In this document: piece by piece, positions 1-11,730 of the stretch
How positions within the stretch are numbered: the stretch's first letter is position 1
Layout of the letters: every line of letters starts with the position of its first letter
Notes under the pieces: generated by a model
What the model was told of the DNA's origin: nothing
Seen by the model: only the letters and a program-made list of their open reading frames with translations
The model's database searches: none
Position numbers and translations under genes: made by a program
NCBI GenBank assembly: GCA_010093705.1
Contig: MU006108.1
Span: forward strand, 124,001-146,817
Direction: 5' to 3'
DNA length: 22,817 bases
DNA from: Patellaria atrata CBS 101060
Taxonomy: Eukaryota

Positions 1-418
1 TCCGGTGCTTTAACAATGATCAATGCCGGCTCAAACTGTAGATCGGGCAAGCCAGCAATCCTACTCTTACAGATGCTACCGAACAATGAGACTCATCAAT
101 TGCTTCACCATTATTCGACAGAGTCTGCACCCTAAAGGCCCTTGTTAGGTAAGAGTCACATGGAAGTCAGAATCTGGAGGCTCTCCGAACTGCGCGACAT
201 CAGTCCGGCTGACATGGTGCATGGCAGTCTTCAAAAGCAGGTCTTATGTACAGTAGAGTAGCTCGGTAAGATGAATTTCGTGCATCTGGTCGCCTGGCGT
301 GGCTGCGCATTTACATGGAAATGCATCCTGAACTCGATAGAGATGACTTGTGATGCAGTAGGAAAATGAGGGGTGCATGCAAGTCATACGAGTCAGGTCA
401 GGGCTCCCAAGCAAGCGC

Positions 419-500
419 TACCTCAAGGTATGCCTAAGGAGCCCTGGGAGCCCTTCGAGCCTTGAGCTTTGAGCCTTCAAGGCTTCAAGGTTTCAAGGTT
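419..500. repeat. Degenerate 7-9 nt tandem repeat (GAGCC(T/C).. units, then TTCAAGGY x3) containing CAAGGT cores similar to zinc-response elements
   Basis: TACCTCAAGGTA at 419-430; gagccctgg/gagcccttc/gagcctt/gagcttt/gagccttcaa at 439-480; TTCAAGGC TTCAAGGT TTCAAGGT at 476-499. The repeat is directly visible; the regulatory role is inferred. Confidence 0.55.
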
Positions 501-3041
501 TCCAACCTAACAAGTGCCTAATAAGTTAACCCTCGAGGCTCGAAGCGGGGAGAAAACGCTAAGATAGATCGACGCTTTTGTGGGGTAATAAAGTTGCGAC
601 GGACCTCTGCCTGTATAAGTCTATAAGAGGCTTGATAAAGCCTGTACAGTAGAACTATGGGACCAAGGACCAAAATAGAAGAGACATGGTTCTGTACAGT
701 GACAGTATGATGGTCGAAAGCACTCGCATTGCACTATTTGCAAACCCATGGAAACTATTACCCCATCGTGCTGGTGCGCTTCGTAAAAATCGAGTAATAT
801 CAGAAGCGTCGTTCGTGCAGAGTTACGGTATAGGCCGAGCTAGAATCTTTTGCAAAACGTGGGATTCCGTCTTTCCAAACTCTCGTCGTCGGCGTTCGTC
901 AAGTTACGGTTATGGATGGGTTCGCGAAGTTGTTCCTTGCCATATTTGAAGGTCCCAGACTGTTCTTATACTGCCGATGTACAGCAGCCGCGTGGGGGTT
1001 TTTCCTCTGCCACCCATTCTCCGATTCTGCTGGTCTCAGGAACACGGCATGAAACGGGCAAATGTGAATCGACTGTGCATCCTTGGGCCTGCCATTAACA
1101 GCCATTTGGGTGATAAAAAGCAAATCGAGGCTGAATCTTTCCAACCCATTGGGTCGCAAAAACATCTTCAAGTACTGTACAGTAACTCCAAGCATCTTCA
1201 ACCATAATCATCCGGAAATGGACGTTGAAAGTCGGAAACCCACGACGACGCGAGGGAAGGAATTGCAGTACAGTAGTACTCTGTAATATCGACGTAAGGT
1301 AGCCGTTTAGAAGAGATATCGAGTCGGTTCGTTCCAGCGCCAAGCGTAGGTTAGTCCTGGGGAAGTATAATGATGGATACTTCGGTACAGTATGGGTAAA
1401 GTACTCTTTTCATATCTCGTCACTCGTGAGTCGTGGATGGATGTCATTCATAGTCGATGATCAAAGGTTAAACTTAGTTATGCCCCCATGGAGGGAAAAG
1501 GCTCCTCTGGAATTTTTTAGTATCTTCATAATTTCCCCATGATTCAAATTCCCATTAATTGAACGCCCAAAATCCCATTTATTTGCTACACTGCTACTGT
1601 AGAACTTGAGCAGTGTTACATACGGTGCTAACTCGAATGCTTGCTGATACAAAAGTAACGCCACCGGATGGAATTACGTGGGGGTTCGGTCTGAGGAGTC
1701 GTCATCCAATCCCCGTACTTCCTGCGCTTACTCGGGCGTATCCCTTGCAAAACTGACGAAGCTTATACGGTCCAGTACAGTAGCAAACAAAATAGCGAAC
1801 TCGATTGCCAGATCATTCACCAGAAAAGGCCCTCGTATGAGAAAAACGGCGGGAAATGGGGGTAAGGCAATCGGCTCGGAAAGAGGAGCTCATACATATG
1901 TGCACGATCTTGTGACAACGATGGAAATTTGCTACCCAGCATGAACAACATGGCCAACATCGCATGCTGCCACGTCTTTCATTCTCATACGAGCATCATT
2001 CAGCGGTCAGGGTGATTCTCTCCGCAGGTAGAGACGAATAACAAGCCTCAAACAGGCGTTGAGGAGACCGAAATGGGTCACAAACATGCCCAAAGACCCA
2101 GTTTCGGGGGCTTCATTGGCACCACGAACCTGCTACACTTGCCCATGCGAGCTCCTTGGTCCCACCGACGCGGTCTCTGATATCAGATGATGAGATTGAT
2201 GAGATACTGCAAAGGCCGGAAACAGTGCCCAGGATGGATCGAACGGGGGGCCTACAGGGGGAACAATTGCAGACATTCACAGCCCCGGCAGACGACGGCC
2301 GTGACGGCCTGGGCGTGCTGGGATCTCCAGTGGACCTCTCCACCCCCACACTAACATGCCTAACGTCCTAGCTGAGCCCGGCAGGATGGAGGCGGATGGA
2401 TGCAACGGAGAGGGCGATCTGCCTATCACAGCGGTTCTACGCCTGGATGATCGTCACAAGGCGACGAGAGCACAAGGTGCTAACCTCAACTTTCGGTCTG
2501 AGGTAGTCTTCCTAAACTCACTCTCGTCACTCTTTGTCGCCCTGAAAAAGAAAGCTTTAGAGGAACTAGAACGGTAATTGGTGGCGCCCGTGATGCTCAT
2601 TGGTTCCGGTTCGCACTCCGGCTCTCACAGAACCTTCTCTTTGTTCCTGGCCGCGGCTGCTGAGCAACGTGCTGCTAAGAAAATAGACAGAGCATTCCGC
2701 GAAGCACCTTGCGTGGTCCCCATCCCTCATTATTACTGACAATCAAGTCAGCTGGACCCCCACGGTATCATTTGTGCGGCTTAGCCCTTTCTCCGGTCAT
2801 GTATCATATTCCCTCATCACCATCCTTCCAGCTTTTGGTACTTAAGCCTGGACAGCTCCACCCCTTTGAGAATACATCGCATCCTTCATTCCACCAGTCA
2901 ACCAACGGGTGGCGTCTGCGTGACAGTATAATCTTTCCTCAACCTCAACTTCACCACCATTCATATCAATACATCAATTGGAGCTTGAATCTCAGCGCCT
3001 TTTCACTCACTTAGAAACACACCTCCCTTTATATCTCCACC

Positions 3042-4139
3042 ATGTCCCCACACAATGATGCCCCTTCCCCAGCCGGAAGCTTTAATGCTGGCTTCAACGA
3101 TATCTCTCTCCGATCAGGGGCAGTTCAATCTCTATACTCTGCTCAATTCCATGACCGCTTCGATTCTAGCTCGATTGAGTCCACAGATATGGGAATCAAT
3201 CGCCCCCTCATTCCTGGAATCTATGTCCCCACGGTGGCATTTTTCGACCCGGTAACCGAAGAACTCGACTTAGAGACCATCGCTAAACATACCGTACGTC
3301 TTGCTGAAGCAGGAGTTGCTGGTATCACTACCCAAGGATCCAACGGAGAAGCAGTCCATCTATCTCACAAGGAACGGGACTTGGTGACTCGAACTACTCG
3401 GAAAGCACTCGATGATGCTGGCTTTGGCTACATGCCTGTTATCGTTGGAACTGGCTCGCAATCTACCCGAGAGACCATTGAACTCTGCCACGAGGCTTAT
3501 GCCGCTGGTGGGGATTATGCTTTGATCCTTCCTCCTGCATACTATCAGGGGTTATTCGCGACAGATACGGTCAAAACATTTTTCCGCGACGTCGCCAACG
3601 CATCGCCGATCCCGATCTTGATCTACAACTACCCGGGAGCAGTCAGTGGCATGGATCTCAATTCGGACGTTATCGTTGAACTTTCCAAGCATCCCAATAT
3701 TGTCGGCTGCAAGCTTACCTGCGGAAACACTGGTAAGCTCAACCGAGTCGCTGCCGCTACTAGAGCTGCAACTCCTTCAGAACCTGGCTCAGGATTCATG
3801 TGCATGGGAGGGTCCGTGGACTTCACACTCCAAACACTTCTTGGGGGTGGATCAGGTATCATCGGAGGCATGGCCAACATTGCTCCAAAGGCGTGTGTTA
3901 AGCTGATGGCATTGTTCGAATCCGGTGATCTCAAGGAAGCTCGCAAACTGCAAGCCATCATAGCCAGGGGTGACTGGGCAGCAATTCAGGGTGGTATCGT
4001 GGGTACCAAAAGCGCAATGCAGTCGCATTTCGGTTACGGTGGTTATGGGCGCAAGCCACTTCCCAGACCAAGCAAAGAAGAAGCGAGGATTTGGAGGGAA
4101 AGGTTCGATGAGTTGGTCAAGTTGGAGAAATCGCTTTAG
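3042..4139 (+). CDS. DHDPS/N-acetylneuraminate-lyase family class I aldolase, related to fungal L-threo-3-deoxy-hexulosonate aldolase (Lga1/GaaC); probably a paralogue, substrate unconfirmed; 365 aa
   Basis: Single-exon ORF with caccATG start. Family motifs: PGIYVPT, QGSNGEAVHL (GxxGE), LPPAYY, ILIYNYPG (catalytic Tyr), HPNIVGCKLT (Schiff-base Lys) and CGNTGKL. The C-terminal GTKSAMQSHFGYGGYGRKPL resembles Lga1/GaaC. A second Met at 3189 lies just before the conserved core. Confidence 0.9.
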   Translation: MSPHNDAPSPAGSFNAGFNDISLRSGAVQSLYSAQFHDRFDSSSIESTDMGINRPLIPGIYVPTVAFFDPVTEELDLETIAKHTVRLAEAGVAGITTQGSNGEAVHLSHKERDLVTRTTRKALDDAGFGYMPVIVGTGSQSTRETIELCHEAYAAGGDYALILPPAYYQGLFATDTVKTFFRDVANASPIPILIYNYPGAVSGMDLNSDVIVELSKHPNIVGCKLTCGNTGKLNRVAAATRAATPSEPGSGFMCMGGSVDFTLQTLLGGGSGIIGGMANIAPKACVKLMALFESGDLKEARKLQAIIARGDWAAIQGGIVGTKSAMQSHFGYGGYGRKPLPRPSKEEARIWRERFDELVKLEKSL

Positions 4140-7100
4140 CCCCACAAATCTCGTTCGAAGTGTGCAGAATCCCCTCCCGTCTTCCGCGTTGGTTGACCAA
4201 CTAGCATCAGCATTGTTCGGCGTAAGAGATGGCGTTCAGGGAGATATGCAAGAGCTCGTGCATCATGGGATGGCGTGTTGGCGTTTTATTTTTTATTTCC
4301 CCATGATTTCGCTTCTCGAAAAAGTCTGTTTCATGAGGACAAAAGCTATTGTAATGACTCCTTTTTTATTACCTTTTGCTATCAGCGCCGAAGAGAGGTT
4401 TCTGACAAAAGCATCGATGTCGCTGGTTTTCATTTCCGTTTCTCGTTAGTTCCAGAGTTGTTTCTGTAAATACTTGGCGATTATCTCCTTTTTTGCTTTT
4501 TCTATCTTCATCTCCGGTGACGGAAATGGCTCCTTCACCGCTTACCTGTAGTGTGTACACCCACACCATCAAGGGCCTACGGCAAAGTTATTGGTAAAGA
4601 AATGAATAACATTGACATAGATTTTCCGGAACCATCCGAATGAACCGCAATCTCGGTGCATATGGTACCTTTTGAGTCTTTTTAGATCGCCCATCCCAAC
4701 CGGTTCCCTTTGCGGTGTGCTACTTGGGGGACAGCCATGCATAGTGACATGTGGGACGCACGTGCGCCGTTGTTTGATACCTGCTGAGGTTGGAACTGCG
4801 AAATAGCTTGATCGAGGGAGTTCTGAATTCCGTCTGCACTGTTTAGTGACTTTAGTCCAGCATCTAGCATTCAGTAGCTAGCAGCTCCAGCTGGAAACTA
4901 CCGTAGGATCGTCAGCCCTACAAAACAAGTTTTGAAATAGTGCCGTTCTAACTCATGTTGAACCGCTAGTCGCGAACTTACGCATGCAAACGTTTGGTGT
5001 GCACGCCAGACGTGTGGTTTTGAGGTTCGGGTTACGGGTCGAACTACAAGAACGGGTAAGTTGAATTATTCCCGAACGTGTGCGGCAGATCGGGACGCCC
5101 AGGACGTTAGGACGAATCAGCGAGGATGCATTTCGGTAGATTAAGCTTCCTCAAGCAGACAAAGCGTTGAAGGGACCTTGGAACCATGTGGGAATTGACG
5201 GGGGGGGACGCCCGCAAAAAGAAATTCAGGTATGGTAGCCATGTGAGAACGGAAAGGTGGCGGCATGCTGGGAACCCAAGTCTCTTCGGGCCGAAGCAGC
5301 TGATTTCCGGCATGCCACTCGGCTTACATCTCCCAAACAGCGGCGATGTATCCGTAATCTATTGTAATCAGACTGATGCACGACGGGCATTATGTGCAGC
5401 AGCCTCCGACGGACTTGGGCATCAACAAGCTCAGCACTTTTGACGAGCCGTAACATCTTGCTCAAGCGCCGCGACTGAGATCCGAAAGGATTGCTTTTCG
5501 CAGGAAGCCACATAACGTCGCTTGTAAAAGCCACAGTGAGACCGTTAGTGTTAGCGGCCAAGGGATCTAGATCGAGCAAATGCTGAAAGATCTTGAGAGA
5601 TCTTTATTCTGACTTACAACATGTTTGTCTTGGTCCACCAGTCTGTGTAAAAATGCCGTTCACTGAAGAAATATTAAGCTCTCCCTTTGGCACGTCACGT
5701 GTGCAAAGTGTCCATCGAACCATCTTTCATTCTGTCTCATTATGCTGTCGTTAGAAAGGAAAGTCTTTTCTTCTCAGTGTTATCAGACTGCGATACAGTT
5801 ATGGTTTGGAATATCCCAGCCATGCCATTAGTATCATACAGGTCGATGAGCTCCCACCGCACAGGACGCAATGTTGAAACAGTTACGATTCATGAGCGAG
5901 GAATTCCAAATGCAACAGAGGATGTCATCCATCAAACTAAATATTTTCAGGTAGCAGGGCCAACCAGAAATCACCTGAATCGATTTTTGATGTTTCTGTG
6001 CGGTAGAGTATCCTGGTACTACAAAGATCACTCGAAAAGAAATCCCATAGAATCCGAGCTCTTTCATATTCGTTCGCTATCCATTAATCATCTATTAGGA
6101 TCCAAGAATAATGAGCCGGTTATTAGAGCGGGTTGAGGACTATAGTAGCTGGTCTGAGATGGAGGGGAACCAACACTTTAGCCGGCGAATAGACGCAGTA
6201 GAAAACAGATAGAAAGAGAAGTGACCAGAAAGAAACACGAAACGATCCAGGAAGATATTTTACCAACCGATGCATCATTACACCCTGCTAACGCGTACTA
6301 CCCTTATTTGTGAGTTGAAGGGTCATTCCTCCCCCTTATTACGGTTTTCATGGCTCACCGTATGTCCACAACGAAAATACCTTCCAACCCAAGCTTTGCA
6401 GACTCTCGGAATCCTCACGGGCGTGGTCGTACATCATTCAGTGTGCAACGAATGCACGGTAACTGAGGGTTGTCTACCATGACTGGAGAGAAGGTACCCA
6501 TACTCCCTGTTGTTCTGCATGCACAGACGCTCCGCAAGTGAAAAGAAAAAAATGACGAAGAAAACACTATAAAGAAACAGAGTGTCAAAAAGAGATCAAC
6601 ACTATACTGTCCTTTTAACATACAAGAAAGAGTAGCAGGATTAGTTCCGTAATCGGAAGTTATCCGCAAGACGAGCAGCGTAACGGATGAATAAAGAGAA
6701 CATTGAGCATCAACGGTGTAGGCTCTTTTCACGGTGTCGAGTCGGGATCAATGAATAGCTCTTTGCTCCCGGTACTGTGGAAATACGTCAACGGGAAGAG
6801 GTACGCAAGGGATATGGATTGATGAGTGAATCTCAGGCAGCTTGAAGAGGCGAGGTTGGAACTGCGTTTGTTGTGGGTCTGCCAAGGGACAGACAACCAC
6901 AAGTTCCGCAGCAATTGACGAGAGAACCTCAGCCTCATTTCTCAATCCCTAGACTTGTATGCAACTTTGTATCCAATTCCATACCATACCATCGACCTGC
7001 CAGACATTGGGTGGTATCCCGAGCTTTCTCCTGGCTCAAATGAACCGTTTGCTAGTTGGTATCCCGATGGGAATGATGGGGAAGCATAAGTTGAGAAGTT

Positions 7101-8369
7101 GGTTTGCCTCTGTTCTGTGGATGGACGTCCTCCCCTATTTCGACTGGTGGAGCTGAAGAATTCGTATTGAATTGGCGATTCTATCCGTTATCGCGTCTTA
7201 ACCGAGCTTTCTGCATAGTCTCTATGAGACTACTGATACCATCGACCGGATTCGTTTAGCCCTGGGGATTCTTGTTTCTCATATTCCACTCGCAGTTCTC
7301 TTGGATAGATGCACAGCGCCATAATAATGGTTTCACTGCGATAGAATATCGACTTAATGGTGCTGTTATTTCACGTACGACTAGCACAACATGCCAGTCA
7401 GATCAAATTAACCCTCATTGTTTTGGGAATCACTTGTTGGTACCCTATCAACTGTCACTTCTCATTTTGACTAAACGGATTGAACAGTACTACACCGCAT
7501 CCTTTTTCAGACCACCGATAATCTTGGATAAGCAACATGGGTAGAAATCGGTGTCCCTCCTTCGTCACGGTTGGATTGAGCTGTTACTGAAATTTCCTAT
7601 ACCGACCACAGCTACTACTAGGTCCAATTGCATTAAACTTTGAGACTAATTCTATCTGTTGTAAGCTTACAGTCCTCTGACGATCCCGTAACGAGGAGAG
7701 ATCGTCCCTTTTTCTGTTTCATCTTTCGAATATACGTCACCAGTGTCTTTTCTTAAGCACTGAGATACCTCCAAGGCCTTGAAAAATATATCCACATACC
7801 TGATAATATTAGCAACCATCCACTGCGTGTGTACCCAGGGTTGGGTTTCTCCGACGGTATTGCCAGATGCGGGAATTGCCACACAAAATAACTTGAATAA
7901 TCAAGCGGTGGAGAATCTGTTCAATTGTCCTAATGGATTTATTGACCGGTTGTCGTTAATTCCATGGGCTGAGGCTCCGCAAACGGGCCTGATGGGAGTA
8001 CAAGAATCGCTAAACCGGGGGTTTTCAGAGGCTTTCTGCTAAGCGTTTAGTGAACTGTCTCCTAGAATTGAGAACATCGCCTACCGTTACCATATCTCCA
8101 AGAATCACTACACAGCGTATAATAAGACATTGCAAATTCATAGCACTCACCGCTCCAGCCCGGGAGATGGGCGTATATAATTCTTCAACCCCTTACTTCT
8201 TGCTCGCAATCAGCCTGCCCTTCTATATCCACTCCTCAAATATCGACTGCTGACCCTTTTTAAAGTTATCAAAGCATTCAATTCGGCTCTCAGTCCTCAG
8301 TGTTGAATAACCTCTATTCCTCTTACTCCATCACATCCAAACTATCACGGCTATCTTGCGAGCTTCAAC

Positions 8370-8552
8370 ATGACTCAGGATTCTACATCAGGCACTGATA
8401 TCCACAATTATATGGCGCAAGAAGAAGTCAAGTACTGGATATGCTGCAAATGCCGTAACCCCATAGCCACTTGCACAGGCACTTGTTGTCCCTTCTGCTT
8501 TCATCCTCGCCCGTGCGCGAACTGTATCGAAAGTCCGCCTCCGAAAATTTGA
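8370..8552 (+). CDS. Candidate 60-aa Cys-rich zinc-ribbon-like microprotein
   Basis: Good start context caacATG, TATATAA at 8174-8180 and a pyrimidine-rich leader. Pattern W-x-CC-x-C-x6-C-x3-CC-x2-C-x-H-x3-C-x2-C (9 Cys + His). No signal peptide. Confidence 0.6.
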   Translation: MTQDSTSGTDIHNYMAQEEVKYWICCKCRNPIATCTGTCCPFCFHPRPCANCIESPPPKI

Positions 8553-9819
8553 TAAAAATATCCACTATGGTCCCTGACTACCTTCTTCTCCATCGTTTCG
8601 GGTCGGAACTAGACTCAGTAACAGACAAAAAACACCTAGAGGCGGGAATTTAAGGGGCTCTATTCAACGGCCGGGTTTGGTTGAGATTTCATGGTGCGAT
8701 GGAGTTTCTTACTTCGGGGTTTCCTTTTCACTATCGGTATTCGGGGACAGAAGGCGAATGTGAATGCCGATGAGGGTTTTATGGTGTTTTTCAGCTTCTT
8801 CTGTATCCTGGATGGGTCTAATGACTTGAACATTGGTATTTGGATCACACTAATGTGTGGATTTGTACTAGGAGACCTTGGCTGGCTGTGGCATAATGGG
8901 GTTGAAACTTCGGAGGATAACATTCTTTGATCAAATCTCTAGACATCATTGATAAACTCACACTCCCCCCCAAAAAAAAGACTTAGTTCTTCGTAATCAT
9001 GACTGAAAATGCCCCGTCGAAAGATGCGTCCAAGCCAATGGCAGAACGAGACCGTTGCTCGTATGACTCTCAGTTTAGCAAGGCTAACTTAACAGTAAAT
9101 GAACACCATAACAAGATAAACGCTCATTCAACTGTTCGTGACCCCATTGTTTCAGCACAGTCCAATGAGTATTGCTGCTTTGTTATTAAAGCTGAGTTAC
9201 GTGACGGTAATAGGAAAGTCGGTTAGGTCACGCTACGGATATCAGAAATACGACTCCTGAGTAAGATCCACGCCCGCACAGAGGAATCTTAGAGAAGGTA
9301 CGAAGGCTAGAATACTGTGAAGATTCTCTGACATTCCTACAGGTATGTGTTCTACTCAGATCCAGGGAGAAAACTAGTACCTCAACCCCCCGTAGTATCC
9401 CCTTTGCTGATTATCGTTTCAGCATCCTCAGAGTCCGGGAATCTCTAAAATTCCACTACATTATCGACGCTACGGGATATCACAGAATGATCATACACCA
9501 GAATATTGACTTATAGCCACAGTCCACAGGATCATGAGCAACTTATGTACATCAGGTTTCCCAGAGTGACTCTATTCGATGACCAAGGTATCTCTATAGC
9601 ACTGTGACATCCAGAGGCCCTTTGGACACTGGATATGACGTCGCACAAACACTTAAACACCTCTGCTACCATTCTTCCTCCATCCCCAACACAACCCCCA
9701 TTGCGAAGCCTCCGACTTCTCCGACTGATACGTCCTCAGGACGACTTAAGCAGAGAACACACTCAGCTTCTAACCTTCACACAATCATACCTGTTCCTTA
9801 TACCAGCCTCTTCGCCAAG

Positions 9820-9930
9820 ATGTCCATCAAGTGGCCAGACAGCAAGCGTCGTCCCAGCCAAGATAGCGACCAAGAGATGGAGAAGGAATACGAGAGACGC
9901 CGGCGCGATCATGACAAGGTTGAAGCATGA
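9820..9930 (+). CDS. Candidate 36-aa charged micropeptide (MSIKWPDSKRRPSQDSDQEMEKEYERRRRDHDKVEA)
   Basis: Start context gccaagATGtcc after a ~170-nt C/A-rich leader resembling a fungal 5'UTR (9650-9819). It is the ATG-initiated tail of the listed ORF 9604-9930. No family recognised. Confidence 0.35.
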   Translation: MSIKWPDSKRRPSQDSDQEMEKEYERRRRDHDKVEA

Positions 9931-11730
9931 TCTTATCTCCCCCTCAGTCTATACAGAGGCTAAGACGTTCTCATATTGTAGGTTATGCGTGCGGCTCTTA
10001 TTAGCACAGTCGTGTTGGCGCTCATGACTGGAGTCTATTTGAAGAAGGAGCGCAACCGGAGAGAGGGAGCGTGGTGATGTGGGAAGACAAGAGTGTAGGA
10101 GGTGTTGAAGATGCCGAGTTCATACCTGAATGGGGTTACTGTCTTTCGAGGTATAATTATTGGTTCCTTGGAAAAGTTTGGCTATTTCAACATCGAACGC
10201 GACGAGTTCTGGTTCGAAGGAGAAGATGCAGACATGATTCTTTCAAATTGCTGTGGTGGCACGAAAGTCTGATCAGCTGGGGTCTCTCTTGCTTCAGTAC
10301 AGACAACAATTCGACTGCGATTGCAAGAGCAGATTTGAGCTACCAATGAAATGAGTTTGAAACTGACTACAAAGACCTTACACATTGCTGGTGAACCTCC
10401 GCGGAAAACACAAAGTTCTTACCCGCAACCATGGCTGTCAATGTACGATAACCATCTGCCGTTAAGCATCCCGCAAGTAGAGTACATAAATATTTTGACT
10501 ACTTCGTGCGCTTGCATGCCAATGTAGCGAAGATATGACTGCTCACAAGTCAAATGTAAGCTTGATGCCTTCCTTCACCACAAAGCAGATTGATTTCTCT
10601 TCCTCGGACTTGACGATAGTAGCGATGCTATCTTCAATCATGTGGGACTTATCAGTAAAGGACACGTATGAAACATCCTTAAGAAATTCGTCCGGTCAGT
10701 GATACCAGAAGGCGCAAGAGATCAAAAAAAGTTCCACCTATATGCAAAGAGTAGAGGTAGGACAGAACATGTGTAAAGAAAATATATCCGCCTATCACAT
10801 AATCCTCTCAAGCGAGAAAAGTGTTGCATCTAGAAATTCTAGACCCTATGCTGGAGAGTAACTCAATATGAAAAGTCCGTAACTATGTCTTCCTATCCGA
10901 GCACCCCACTCATACATCGGGACGATGCAGTACGTCATCCGCCGCACGATTCGGGAACGTGCAAGCCACGATGCTGCAAGTGATGATGAGTTGTCAATTC
11001 TGAACCAGCCACTTGGCTCACCGGGAGTAATGCATGCGAGAAAGAGTGAAAACGTGGGATGGAGACAAGGATGAAATAGCGGTCTGGGTTACCTAGCTCT
11101 TGACAGAATGATTTATCAAAACATGTGGTAGTGATTCTATCCTTACATGCTACATAGTTCCTTATCGAGACTTTTTAGGATAGGAGTACTGACGGAGGAG
11201 AGAAAATAGAGGGAGGAAGTGAACATAGAGACCGATAAAGTATGGAGGTTCGGGAGCCAAGACCAGAGTAACAGGGACAGTATTCAAGCCTTAAGACCAA
11301 TCAAGCGTAATATATGGATCGAGAGAAGGAGTTCAAAGTGGCGTTCGAAGACTGAAAGAAAAGAAATGTACGAATGTCAACGGATTGGCGGTTTAAATTT
11401 CAATCACTGTACTGTACAAGGGCTTGTACCGTACTGTACAACAATTATTCCAGGGGCTTCAGGACAGATAGAAACCAGCGAATACTTACTTTTGCCCCTC
11501 GTCGCGCCGGCTTAGTACAGGTAATCGTCCATCCGGAAAGCTACTTTCAATTCCTGAAAGAGGAAAACTCGCATGATCATGGAAAAAAAGTTGTATTCGT
11601 ATACTGCACATTTCACTAACCAATCAGACCCATGACGACATGCTTGTCAGATGTCCCCATCCCCAACCGCATTCTTCCAAAAATATCGGAGTATACTAGG
11701 AAAATCGTGCAAGCTTCCTAGAATCAGAGC

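Noticed and set aside
807..915. Imperfect direct repeat (cgttcgt..agttacggt.at/tagg) at about 807-835 and 891-915
   Set aside because: Only two degenerate copies of about 25 nt; no array, LTR or TIR structure.
2156..2371. ISDDEIDEILQRPE, reminiscent of a Snf2-family C-terminal motif
   Set aside because: Too short, TTG start, and no helicase motifs nearby; probably chance.
3055..4449. Alternative-frame and antisense ORFs overlapping the aldolase (likewise those overlapping the dynamin, regulator and ZIP genes)
   Set aside because: Shadow ORFs of real coding sequence with no motifs of their own.
5687..6136. 149-aa ORF, the longest in the gene-poor interval
   Set aside because: TTG start, no motif recognised, and composition not convincingly protein-like.
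7779..8042. 87-aa ORF with a signal-peptide-like start (MKNISTYLIILATIHCVCTQG)
   Set aside because: The start codon is TTG and there is no recognisable family or supporting splice structure.
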